Assembly (NCBI GenBank): GCA_022813965.1
Contig: JALDZS010000067.1
Span: 1 to 64,000 of the forward strand
Source of the DNA: Toensbergia leucococca
Taxonomy: Eukaryota
Reading direction: 5' to 3'
Length of the DNA: 64,000 nt
Below the pieces are notes generated by a model. That model worked only from the letters and a program-made list of their open reading frames with translations. It had not been told where the DNA came from and did no database searches. Below, piece by piece: positions 49,257-64,000 of this stretch; position 1 is the stretch's first letter; each line of letters begins with the position of its first letter. The translations under genes were made by a program, and so were the position numbers.

Positions 49257-51721
49257 TTGAGGTTCTTCTATTATTACAGGCAGAGCCCACCACTGCTGGA
49301 CCCAAAGTACAGGCATGTCAGCCCATGTTCAATGGACAATAGAAGCATGTTAGAAAGCAGTGAAAGTATTATACCTGATCTCAACAGCTTTGAGTGTTGT
49401 ATTCGTGCTGAAACAATGCGAGTGGCAACGATCGGAAATTTTAAGATCCGGGAAGAAGTATTTTGAGATTGGGTTGGTAGTGAGTAACAGAAGGTGATAT
49501 GCAGGACGAGGAGCTCGAAAGGGACGGTAGGATTGACAAGGTAAACCCGAAAGAGGTGACCTGTACAAAGACACCAGACTCTAACCGTCGACGTTTAGTT
49601 GCCACCAGCCTGCCCTGGACTAGTCGAACAAGGCAGCAGAGTCGGTTGGATGACAAGCAAAGTACTGATAATCCTAAGACAGTTTGACAAGTAGTTTAAA
49701 TTAGCAGGCGAGAAGTGAATGAGGTTATCAAGAAGGATGATTCAGAAGCCAAAGAGGCTAAAGTGTGGGATAGACAAGCCCTAAATGTGGCACTACACGC
49801 AGTGGACGCGGAGCCAGTGCTTCAACCATCGGCGGCGAATGGTCAGCATGAACGGCAATTGGTCGACGAGGGTACAACCCCGGATTGGGGATACTCCAAG
49901 CCCAGGGAAAGCTTTCGATTAGATTCGCTTCACCTGCAGGAGCTGAGAGATTTGGACGCTTCCGGACAGTGGGCGGGAAAGGGACGGGCAGGGGGAAGGT
50001 GAGTGGAGGAGGCATTGCTGGATTTTAGAGTCAGTGAGCAGTGGGTAGTAGGCAATAGGCAGTAGGTAGTCCGGTCATCAGAAATGGCATAGAGCAACTA
50101 TGATCAGGTTCTATGATGTCGATGAAAAGCCAGGGGAGAAAGTATAGAGATCGACGATCGCAGCCACATGATGGCTTAGATGGATGCTTCCATACTTCCA
50201 CACTTGCAAAGACCCTGATCCTACAAACGGGCAAGAGTGGGTAAGGTAAGTAGGAAGTCGGCTTCAGGGCCACGAGCCGAAAGTCCCAAGTGACAAGCCG
50301 CAAGTGGCTTATCTAGCCACGACACCGTCCAAGCTCCACGGTGCTACTCAGCTGATGCCCAACCACTATTGGGTTGGGAACGAACAGAATAGGTAGTATC
50401 GAATCTATTTGCATTTCTGTTCCCGGCACTCGATACTCGTTCGACGATCAATGCCCTTGATAGCATGGTGTCCATCGTTACCATAGCACTGGGATCTCCA
50501 AATATACATTCTGCGCAATTGTACGTGCACAGTGCACTCTGGGACCATCGGTCGAGCATCCAACGTCTAAAGTGACGCCACTGAACCTCGAATCTCATAC
50601 CATTTTAGCAGACCTGGAGTAGATGGGATGAAGCATCTCCGCGGAAACAGTAGGCCACCTTCCTTCATGATGACACTATCTTTACCGATTGTTCTAGACC
50701 GTACCTTACCTTACTCCGTACCGAGTATGTGGACTTTACACATGAAGGAGACGGCACTCGACGGCGTGTGGCGGCACCTTTGCCACAGCATGGAGGATGG
50801 ATCCCCTGCCAAGAGAGTCGGCGTCATCACCCCTCCTAAGCGAGAAATGGAGCGATGATTTTGACAGGTCCCGAAAAGCTTGTTTCATGTTCCTGGTGGC
50901 CAAAACCTGCTGTTCAAATGCAAACAGTTAGAGCTACCTATATCAATATATCAACGCCACCCCCATCTCTGCCACACACCTGCTGGTAGATTGGTGCATT
51001 CGCAGACTATTCTACCTCTTAGATGCCAGTTCGTAACTCTGGTTTGCTGCTTGGAAGATTAGCCTCGGCTGTCGTGCTCATCCCGTTCATCGGATGACGA
51101 CGATCATTCTCCCGGAAGTGCGTCCGAGTTTGCGGAAAATAGAAAGATCAGCCTCTCTATTGCACAGGTACCTTAGACTCGAGAGAGTGGCTATGCAAGC
51201 CGTAGATCTCGGTATGAGCCGGATCGAGTGTAAATCCGAATAGTCGCCTAGGTAGTGTGCCGACTTGCTGACACTATCATGCAAGTGATGATCATTGCGC
51301 AATGGGGAGTGGCGTTCAGGGATGAGCCCTGGGCCTGGGCTGACCTTCTTCGGATGGGAAAGACACATTCCAGTCTTGGCTCCCTATCTCCATCGTCTAT
51401 TCAATTCGCATTCATTTTTCAAGGTCATCTTTTCAAGCATAATAGAGCATCAAGACATTGGTCAAGTGCAAGTAGACGCAAGTAGATTCTTCTCCTGAAC
51501 GAGGATGCAAAGCTGCCCTTGCTATGACATCCGTGTCTTCCCTTAGGCCAATGTTTCGCAGGGCCTTATCAATGCTTCAATGTGTACCATCCTGACTCTC
51601 AAAATAAACCCTTCACAACGGACTACCTTTCACCTGGCGCTAATCCTCACTATGAGGCTATGAAAGGCCAGGAGATTTGCAGTAGGGAAATACGAGGATG
51701 CTCAACAATGCCAGTGACAGA

Positions 51722-54041
51722 TCAACTCCTGATTGAACTCCCTGCCACCTCTTCATCCTCCGCCTCAACTCGTACTAGGATTTCCTCTAAAAAGCCTTCA
51801 AGAAATGCGCTAACATCTCCCCCCATCCCCACCGGAGCCTCGTTGTCCCACTTCTCGATCTCGCTGAACACGCCGGCCGCTTTTATGACAAGTTTTTTGA
51901 CTTTTTCGTGTGCAGTTTGCTGCCTTTGAGCCAATTCTTGCGTGTCCCTTGTGCTGTTTGCTGACTTGACTCCATGTGATAAAGAGTTTAGGCTATACGT
52001 TCGACGCTGTAAAGCTGCTTCCAATGCTGGCACAATGACTCCATTAAGGGCGGTGACCCCTGCGTTGGAATCCATGGCTGGAAAGGAGCTATAGCCGTTA
52101 GAGTCGATGGATTTACGAGACGCATCTATGTCGCGGTGTTGTGACTTCGGTAATGGCGGTAGGGGTTGCTGCGTAGAGAGGAAGTCTTTCGGCGAGAACG
52201 AAGGCAAGGGCTGCTGCTGAACTATCGGCGAAGCTTGCGCTGGCGGTTGTCTGATCGGCTGGGCTGGCTGAGGTGGCAGGCTTCGCAAAGGTTGACCTCG
52301 GGAGTGACCGTGAAAGGGTGGAATTTCCTGGAGCTTAATTGGCCCGGAAGGTTTTTTGCCCTGCTGGTCTTGCGCTCGCTCAGGTATAAGTTGAGGATGT
52401 TTCGGATTTTGATTCTGAGCAAACGGTTTCGTGAACTCGGAAGCACCTAGATTTATCAAGTCCAAATTCTTCGCGAGTGAATTCGGTGATTGATGGTCGA
52501 ATTCTGCAGACGCTGGACTCTCCTTTCTGAATATACGGTGTGGCTGTTCAATTCTTGAAGGCGCTTCCACACGTGCAGGCTTGTTAGGCTGATTCTTAGT
52601 AGGTGACTGTGGAAGTGGTATCTTTGCAGCTACACTCGGGGACAATGGCATTTGAGCCGTGAACAGCTTTCTTTGAGGAGACAAGCCTCGCGGCTGAGCG
52701 CTGACAGTTGTGTCATTACCGTTTACTGTATCTAGACCAAAATGTCCAGAATCTTCTCTCCAGTAGTTTACATCCGTCTTAAGTTTGTCATAACCCTGAG
52801 AGTCATCAAGCATGTTTTCTGAGCCGTTCCAAGCCCTTGCGTTCGCGGCTGACTCATTCATAGCTTTGAGTCCTGCTCCTCTGCTTCCTAGCGGTTTGAC
52901 AGTACCAAAGTCCCACAGGTCCTCATCTTCAGGTCTTGGAATCCGCGGCTCGTCCGCTGCCTCTTCGTCCTCATCCTCAGAGTCACGTTCGCCGTGAACT
53001 GCTTGCCAGCGCTCATAACGTTCAATCAGCTCGGTTAAATATGTCGTCTTCTTCGCCCGGCGGACAAAAGGGTGCTTCAGCAACTCCTTTGCAGACGGTC
53101 GCTCCTTAGGATCACGCTTTAGACAGAGTTCCACGAAATCTTTGAACGCTTTACTAAAGTCACCTTGTAGGGTCGGAGGAGGATTTTTTGGTATTAGAAA
53201 AAGCACCTTCATTGGGTGAATATCCGAATAAGGAGGCTCCCCCTTGGCAAGCTCAAGGGCAGTAATTCCAAGAGACCAAATATCAGCTTTATGATCATAG
53301 CCAGACTGCTTTATAACTTCTGGTGCCATCCAAAACGGCGTCCCCACGAAAGTATTCTTCTTTGTCATAGTCGCTGAAAGCTGTCCAGACACACCGAAAT
53401 CCGCCAATTTCACCTGTCCATTTGCTCCAAGGAGTACGTTGGCAGCTAATCAACAGGTTTGGTAAGCTTTCAGTCGGTCTCAGTATGCAGTCTACGGAAG
53501 AACTTTACCCTTAATGTCTCGATGCAATTTCTTATCTCCATGTAGGTAGTCCAAACCCATCAAGAGTTCTCTGACGATGATTGTTATGTATTCTTCAGGT
53601 ATCAAGCCAGGCTTCAATAGGTCTCCGCAGCTACCACCTGAGCAGAACTCCATGATAATCCACAGGTCTGAGCCCTTGAGAAAAGATCCATGGTATTTTG
53701 TTACATAGGGAGAATGGAGTTCAGACAAGATTGAGATTTCTTGGATGATATCTTCCACCTCGTCTTCTGCATTCTCAACGTCGATGATCTTGATAGCTAC
53801 GGCCTGTCCCGTACGCTTGTCGACACTATGGCGAAGCATGAGCATGGCTAATGCGGCCGCAGAAGGCTACAAACATACCCTTTATATACTTTTCCAAAGC
53901 TCCCGCCACCTGTGTCTGTGTCAGCGAAGTCGCTTTTACTAGCACAGCTTCCCTTGTCGCCGCACCGATGCAATTCTGTTTCGTGTACAGGCTCTCCGGG
54001 TCCACCGAGCCATTCATGACATTTCCGTTGCTGTCGGCCAT
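51722..54041 (-). CDS. STE20/GCK-III family kinase (MST3/STK24-like; MST-1/KIN24 type)
   Basis: [28 protein letters not shown] and [14 protein letters not shown] across 4 exons, followed by a long low-complexity tail. Confidence 0.9.
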
Positions 54042-55006
54042 TGTTTCTCCTAAATAATGCCAACCGCAGTGCTTAAACCCTTCGAGGTGAAAAGACTCCA
54101 CAGGATGCTTCCCGTACGTCTCGGGGTCGTGTCCCTGCGTTGGAGGTCGTTGGTGCAGACTCTGCGGGTGATGAGGGTGGCGTAAAGGAGATTCGTGGTC
54201 GTCAAGTCATCAATCATGAATTCGTGACACAGGTGGTGTTAAATGAGCATACCGAGCAGTGTCTTCGCCGAAGGACTGACTTTGTTTTAAGGCTTGCTCG
54301 AAAGCCAAGCAGAAGGAATGGAAGGGCAAAGCGTGCACAGCGTGGATTACTTGAGCGTTAAGGATCTTGAAACATGTGTCCCTTGAGGAAAAGAAAATAG
54401 CTTGGCCACAGGATAAGAGGCACAAGACGAAAGGTAACAGCAGGCCCAGGCGCCGAAGAAAGTAAAGAAGTGATGCAGTTGCCGTTTCAGATGGTGGTGG
54501 GTAAACGAAGTAGTGACGGGCTGAGGCCATCAAATGGTGACATGACGATGACTCCTCGTAAGAAGCAGTGTTGATGCAGTACCCCGAGCCTGCCCACAAG
54601 AAAGCAGAAGATAATCTCCGACGGTGCTTCAGAAAGGGATCAAATTATCCTTACGGAGAAGATCCATTGTCCGTCGCTATTCGCCTACCTTGTACCTTGC
54701 AGGGAGCCGCCGAATTGCTGACGAATTTCTTTGGCTTACGAATACGACTACATCATTGGTCAAGTCTAATCATCCGCCATACGCATAGAATACTCAAGTA
54801 AGGGATAATTTAAGTAGACTGGTAGAGTGTCTCCTCGAGTACATAGCGAGATAAAGTAGGCAACATTAATTCGCTCGTACCGAATTAAGAACTCTACCTA
54901 GTCAGCCCTCCAAATAGCACCGATGGCTAGTGGAGATTCAGAAGCCCGGTCCTGCTACCGAGTACTTGCTAACTCTAATGCTGATTATTGCAATCCAGCT
55001 CTCCAT

Positions 55007-58000
55007 TTAATATGGAATTCCATTGGTCAGAAGCTGGAATTGATCGTACCCCTTTGTCGAATAACTGCTGTAGCTCTTTTTGATTAGGTCTTTCATGAAG
55101 TCGGCTGCTTCCCTTTCATTCTTCTCCAATACAAATCTCTCGCGAAAATGGGCTATGGTCTCGGGCTTGAAACAAGGTAACCCGCTATCAAGCATGAGCA
55201 CCACGAGGTGGCACAACTTCTCCGTGTATGGGCGAGATGCGAGGAAAGATTTGATGCAAAGCTCCTCGAACCACTTGTATGACTGTGAGCTGGTACTGCC
55301 TCCCATGACGGCCACCATTTCTGATGTAAGCTTGAACGGAGCCCGTTCGAATCGCACACCGCCAGGGGCGATATCAAAGCAGAATCCAAAGTCGATATGA
55401 AGTATGTGTCCCGCATCATCGACCATTATGTTTCCGTTATGTCTGTCTTTAAATTGGAGTAGGTACGAAATCACTGAGTAAGCAGCCATACTTTTGACGA
55501 AATTGTTGCGGGCCTCTTGAAATCTGATCGAATCTTCTGAGCCATACTTGGAAACAAAGTAATCGTACAGTCCATTGACTGCCTCGCGCCCGAGCATATC
55601 CCGCGAAACGGAGTTGGGCAAGACATCAATAACACCACAACCTGGAGCCGTAGCAGTCACTCTATACGGGTAAACGTAAACATCCAGACCGACCGTGTTG
55701 AATATACCTCGGAATGCCGCAACCATCTGCAGAGCTAAGACGTCTTGTCGGCAGTCGTCTCCCACTTTGAAAATAGCAGACTGCCAGACTTCGAGCATGC
55801 TCTCTCGGGATACCGGCCCGTTGCGATCTATCGTCTCATTTTGATTGGTCTTCTCAAGCATGTCGTCCGTGCTTTCCATATCGCCTCTATTCTTCTGTAT
55901 TCTGAAGGTTGCCATATAAGGCGCTTTTGCATGACTTTGCAGCGGTTTTCCCGACTTCCGATCAATACCAATAACAACACCATCAGGATTACTAGGTAAG
56001 TAAACCCCAACTTCAACCTTGATCTTCCTTAACTCTTCTTCAATCTTTTGCTTCTTCTCCGGCTTGCTTTTCTTTATAAAGGGTCGAAGCTTTCCAGAGA
56101 TATCAGTTATTTCATTAAAAAACGAGAATTCCCGCTCATAGAAAGCCTTGTCTGTGCTCGAGAAGCTTGTTATCATGTTACCCATAACTCTATCCAGTGT
56201 TGGCTTAAGGGAGTCCTCCTTCGATGAATGTTAGCTTGGCAATGATTGCTCAGAATATGTCCTGTCAGACTTACAATGGTAGAATCTTCGTCCTTGTAGG
56301 CATTTGCCTTCATATTCCAAATGATCTGATGTGCAAACAGTTGTGAAAACTTTGCTGTTTCTATGATGTATCGTTGGACATAGCCAAGAGTATCATATCG
56401 CAACGCCTGAACGATCTGTGGCACGTAGAAGAAGGTTACATCAACAGAATGGCTTTCCAGGGCACGCATAGCATATTGCAGTACAAACGGGTGGTTACCG
56501 TACGCCGGTAGAAAGTACGTCACAGCTGTTATGGGATTTACTGGGGCCCAGTATAGTAGATACTATATAAGTCAGAACCAACAAAGAAACCTTTGGATTG
56601 AAGCTTACTTTGAGTTGATTTGAAAGATTACTTGGTAGTGAAGATCCAAGCAAGATCTGGAGAGCATCCGGCTCCTTGATCGCTCGATCTGGGAAACTCA
56701 GAAGCAAGGACCTAACGTCGTTGACTAATTTCTGGGATTGAAAGCGGGTGGTGAGTTGAATGGCAAGACCAGGACTTTCCACCCATGCTGTCCTTGAGAA
56801 TGTTAAGAGGGTTGTCTGTTGTTGTCAATACTCGTTCTTCTATTAGAAACGAAATATAGCTAACCTCTGAAGGAAGCTTGACACTGTGTGATGAGCGGAA
56901 ACCATGTCTCTTTTCATGATCAAGGGGATAGAGCCAAACCGTAAGGCGCATTTGCTCGTCATCCAACAACAAGAGAAGCAACTCTTGTTTCGTGGCAAGG
57001 CTCTGGAGAGGCCCAGCACTCCTTGAGCCTACGGATCCTACTGCGCGCAAAGCGACCTCGACATCTGCCATTAGACGAGTCTCCGCTTTGATCTGCAATC
57101 GATTACCCCCAAAAGACCATCTGTTATCATTAACAGGACAATTCCATAGAGGGGGAATCTTCCGTACTATGAAAGGCTCTTTACATACCTAGGTTGATGA
57201 GAAAACCAAGTCAACGCCACGCTTAGAATCGAATCTTTCAGTCTCCATTGTGCAGCTCCTCCTAGACCAACGCTGTGTCTTAATATGTTTAACCCAAATA
57301 ACACAACCTGGAAGTGCATCTCGCGCGCTAAAGGATGCCCGGTAGATTGCCTCAAGCCTCGGAGAGTCACACTGATAAGGCGATGGAAGATGCGCTGCAC
57401 GTGTGAGCTACCAAGCCGAGTAGCGTTGAAATGGCTGGCCAGGAATTGCAATATCCGCAAGTGTGGTGCAACTAGATTATTAGCTGCCTGCTGCCGCTTG
57501 AGGAGGGTTGATTTATCAGAAGGCGCAAACTCCTCCTTAATGTAAAAAGGGTCGAGATGACTATCGAGAAATTAGAGGGTACAAGCTTGGATATTAAAAA
57601 GGCTCACTGAAGCTTGTCACTGAAGACGCCGAGCTTTTGATGGATGGTATACTCCCACCTCTCCGCGAGTTCCATTAGGATCCTAGGCTCCATTCGAGGG
57701 TTCTCGTTGATGACGCCTAGCCATAAGGAGATGCCGAGCTTAATAGATTGCTTAGTGAACATTGCAAATGGAATTCCCACAAGATGATGCACAATAGCAC
57801 ATTGGTCTGTTTGACTCCGGCAAAGTAGGGCGGCTGCTCGCCGTAGGACATCACGTAGCTCGCCTATAGACACAAATTTTCGGCTCAATGTGCGGTGCTC
57901 AAGGTGATCAAGTATTGCCTGGGCATCCTCAACATCCCGTACAGTGCCATTGCCGGAGACTTCTCTTTCACCATCTATAGCCAATTAGCATGGCGTCTGA

Positions 58001-61000
58001 CCCGGTATAACCTCATGGGGCACTGGACGGACCGAATTGCAAGAAATTTGCCCATTCTTGATCATAGTCAGGTAATGCATCAGCGTGCCTATATTCTTGA
58101 CGGGTCGTGTATTGAGCAATAAAATCTGAAGCAGTATTAATATTGCAATCGCCGTGGCTGTCAATGGCTCCTACTTGCGGTTTTAGCATGTTCGAGTGCC
58201 AATGTGCTCAGGGTCTCACCTAATCTTTGGTCGGTGGAAGGTATTGCTGAGCCCATGTCTAGGGCAAAGCTTCTTCCTAGTGCAACATGACCGTAGGCAC
58301 CATCATCGTCGTATTCTGATAAGTAGGTCTATCAAAATATCAGCGCCCACAGCCTTTATTGTCACTGCTCACACAGACTTGCAAAAGCCCCTTGACGTCT
58401 AGCGGAGCAATATTGATGACTCTCATAACCCAGGTCTTGGCCCGCTTGTAGAAAGTATTCAGTGTGTTCCTTCTTAACTCATAATCGTCAGAGAGCTCTA
58501 CAGAGACCTTTCCACGTGTGGACACGAAAGTGGATTTCCATTCATATTCGTCTATCTCAGCCTCTAGACAACTCGTCCACATGATAGTCAGCAGCTCCAG
58601 TAAAGCAAAAAGGGACGATTTCTGGCATAGAGATGATGGCATTTGATTGATGATCATATCGGCGCAAGATGCAGCGACTTGTTGCACCTTTGAAATTCGA
58701 TGGCAGCACCCAGTAAACATTGATGCCAGCTGCTCCGCCACGAGGGGCGCAGAGCTATCTTGATATCGTTCACTGGAGCTCCTTCGAAGGTATATGGCCA
58801 ATACTTCATCTGCTATTGCCACTAAGCAACTACCCATCTCACTGCTATTCAGCCGGGCATCGAGAAAATATTTAAGAACATGGGTGCAATTTCCAGAATC
58901 AGCTCGAAGTGTTTCTACCAGGTAAGCAGCACCAAGGAAAATTACCTTGGGGTAACTCAAGGCCTTGATATCAGATTCGACTTTTGGCAGTAGTGAAAGT
59001 AAATGCCTCTTTTGCTCTAGAGTATGAGGGGCATTCATACCTCGCCTTAGAACCGTATTCAACTCGATGTCAATTTCAAAATGATCCGCACGGTCTTCAG
59101 CTACCAGTGGCCGCGAATGCATTGCAAGTGTTGAAAGTTCCTTGAAATACTGTTGACCTAATTTTGAACTGGGCGTAATGCCATGCACGACGATATTGAA
59201 CCAAGCCTCGCGATGAAGTCGCGCTATGTTCTCGTCTTGGATCACGTCGCTTGTCTCAATCTGGAGAGACATGAGGATTGCCAGAGGCTGCAGATACTGG
59301 GTGATCTCTTGAGCGGCAAGCTCAACGTCGGCTTGATGAGTGTTATCGCTCTCATGAACATCTCCTTTACTAACGATTGTTTCTAGTAGATGCACCAGAT
59401 AGACCTGATACATGGAAGATTCTCGTTGTAAGTAATATGATAAATGCACTCTAGCTTTCATCACCTGGGCTATTATGTTAGCTGATGGTCTCGTAGTGGT
59501 AAGCAAAGACATTTACCGCTTCTAGCACCGCACTGTTCCCCTGCACAACCGCCTCATGGGTGAATCGAACATATAGCTTTAGCAGTGACTTAAATTCTAG
59601 AGGACCACCACTCGTTCCGAGCGCAGCTGCTTCTGTGATGATTTGTATATCCACTGCAGTGCTTACTTTCCCAAGCTTTTGGAGCAGCATGGACTGTGCC
59701 AGTGCCGATATTTTATCATCTTGACACGTGCGTGCAATAGTGATAATCGCTCGCACTATATTTCCATACACGGCTGCCGTTTCTTCCTCGCCATTTAGCT
59801 GAAGAGATATCGCACTGCCACTGGATTGCTGGGTGTATCGAGTCGAGTTTCGGGGGCCATTTTGATTGCTATTCTGGAACACTGAGCTAACGATGTTCTT
59901 TTCAGTACTCGATCCAGCACTCAGCGCATTTCCGAGAGAATAGAGACCAGTGATAGTTGCATCCTGGGACAGAAGCTGAAGTATATAGGTCAAACAACGT
60001 GCAGCAACTGTTACTGTACAGTCTCGGATGCCGCCTTTCACAATGAACCTTGGCAATGATCGGCTGAGAGACGAAGCAATGCTAGGGAACAGCTTAGCAA
60101 CTACAGTCATGGATCGTAGAACGACACAAGCTAGTGTATCGTCAGCCATTTGTACAGGATCTGCCATAGTGTCTTCGAGCCACAAGATTAGGACGTCCGC
60201 GTCGGCAATTTCCTCATCAGCGACCATGCAGTTCAGAAAGGTAATTAATATATTCGCTTTGACCGCAAATGCTAATCGTTGCTGCCACGCCGAGCCAAGT
60301 TGGAGATAGTCTGCACCGTCCTCAAGGAGACGCATCTCTTCCACTGCAATCTCTGATAGTACTTCGAGTAACGCAGAGTCAGTTTCACGGATTTCGATGT
60401 GTGGAATATCTTCGTCCGAGGTCAATACATCAAAAATATCTGTCTGCTGGAGCTGGTCTGTTGAAAAAACCTGTAGAGAGCTACAGGAGACTAGAAGCCG
60501 CATGAAGCCACGCTGTAGCAGCATTGCTCCCAGCGGACGACCGGAGACTGCGTAGCGTTTGGTAAAAGATTTCCAATCCCGGATGTTGTAGTACACTGCC
60601 TCCGAGGTTCGAATCGAGGAAAACACGCCTTCAACCGACACCATGAAATCTTCTGTGAAAATCTGACGTAACATACTTACCAGCTCGAGTCTTTCAGTGA
60701 CGCTGTAGAAATCTGTATAGATTGACGTGGCCTCCAAAAACCCAAGAAGAGAAACGGATGTAGCAGCAAGTTCAAGTGTCTCATCAAGCCCAGCTCCACT
60801 CAGTAATTCCCCGTCCTGAATTTGGATTTTAGATATCCCACTGACAGTATGCATACAACTACGAAGGTATTGAATAGTGCAGTCAAGCGCTAAATCGTGC
60901 AGCGAAGGATGTTTTCTTCCAATGGCAAGCGCTGCGGTCGTAAGATCATAGCTCAATGCCTCCCATGGCGAAGGCTGGATTGAGCGTAGGAAAGGCGACG

Positions 61001-61428
61001 AAGCAAACAGTTGAACATGTGCCTCCGGCATGTAGATGAGGATTTGTAACAGCAGACGCTCCGCACTTTCTACGTTATCGAGCAACGGCCCGGCTTTACA
61101 AAGGGCGAGCAACGCATCAAGTTCCGAAAGTGTCTGTCACCCTCAGCAAAATTCGGTCTTGAGCTACTCAAGTCCTACCATGGGGGATTGTGAAAGTGGC
61201 GACGACCTTGCAGCCGAGCCATTGCTACTCCCGTGTGTCTGGATCCTTCGAGGATTACATGCGTGATACAATCTTGTAAAGTCTGCACCTCTGGCGTGAG
61301 TGGGCGGAGAAGCTGCGGAAAACGACGCGATTTGGCGCAAGGCATGCCTCCTGAGATGCTGCGACGGGCTTAAAAATTAGTAACAGTACGTGATTGAACA
61401 ACCGAATTGCATCGGCTTACCCATCCAT
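55007..61428 (-). CDS. STT4: Phosphatidylinositol 4-kinase type III alpha (STT4), multi-exon
   Basis: Long helical N-terminus, PIK helical domain (FFYVPQIVQALRYD) and catalytic motifs LQSHAKAP, FKVGDDCRQD, KDRHNGN and HIDFGF; ends TNGIPY. Start codon inferred from ATGGATGG|GTAAGC. Confidence 0.93.
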
Positions 61429-62132
61429 TGTGAAGCCAGAGGCTCAAAGTCAAACGCCTTAAAAAAAGTCCTGCGCCTGAACTCTGATGCCTACCTACCT
61501 AGTCTCTAGTAACGCTGATGCCGGGCGGGAACTTCGAGTAGCTTACTCGTATTCTATGGCTGTATGAGTGTATTTTACTAGCCGGTCGTCTTAAAGCCTC
61601 GGCCCAGCCGGAAAATAATCCCAAACGGAGCAGTTCCCAGTGGCTGAACTAGGTAGGTCCTTCTGATCTGCAGGCATTGTTTTTTCAATTAGTTGTATGA
61701 GCTCGTAAGTGTTGTTCTGAATAGACAGGTGTTAAAGGATAAGGGTGGTGGAAATGGACGAGTACAGAGGCACCTGATCTCGATGTAGGATATTACGGAG
61801 CAACATCCGAGTCAATTTGAACTCACTTTTGGAGTCGAGGCTAAGACATAAATAAATGAGCACCCTAACATCCAATAAACATACGGATACGGATACGCCG
61901 TACCAAAACACCAGGCATTAAACCGCTAATGCGACGATCTGAAGAACATCACTCGATTTAATCCATAGAAATATTCGTTTCCACGCTAGATTCCGTCTTG
62001 AAGCACTAGCCCTCTTCTCTTTCGCTGTTCGCTGCTGTTCGAGTGTGCAGGTCTCGCTCTCTGGTTTTCGGTTTTTGTGGCTCGCCATATCTCTCTATTT
62101 TTGAGTACAGCGCAGCGTGTAAGCACGCTACA

Positions 62133-64000
<1,868 letters not shown>

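Overview
Eukaryotic DNA from a filamentous ascomycete (Pezizomycotina), judged from short GT-AG introns with CTRAY branch sites and from the gene families present. The ORF track fragments most genes, so I rebuilt exon chains by hand. Most of the window is a conserved gene-dense backbone: trehalose synthase regulatory subunit, two Zn-dependent alcohol dehydrogenases, KipA kinesin, TmpA-like flavoprotein, KIN28/CDK7, FYV4, DUF3074 protein, a large hypothetical protein, C2H2 and bZIP transcription factors, SWIM protein, STK19-like protein, RRM-YTH protein, MST/GCK kinase, STT4 and a CHK2-like kinase. The most unusual part is an accessory island at about 36.5-40.3 kb. There a MITE-like element abuts a ~3.25 kb element bounded by terminal inverted repeats and subterminal repeats. 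It has no recognisable transposase but carries an apparently near-intact HNH endonuclease gene and a mutated PD-(D/E)XK-like nuclease gene, and it ends 38 bp from the alcB stop codon. Other oddities: an AT-rich island at 20.6-21.9 kb (minisatellite between two divergent decayed frames), a GH5 mannanase pseudogene, a spliced membrane-protein gene with one premature stop, and a recurrent intergenic TACCTTA motif. All family calls rest on motif recognition; no searches were run.
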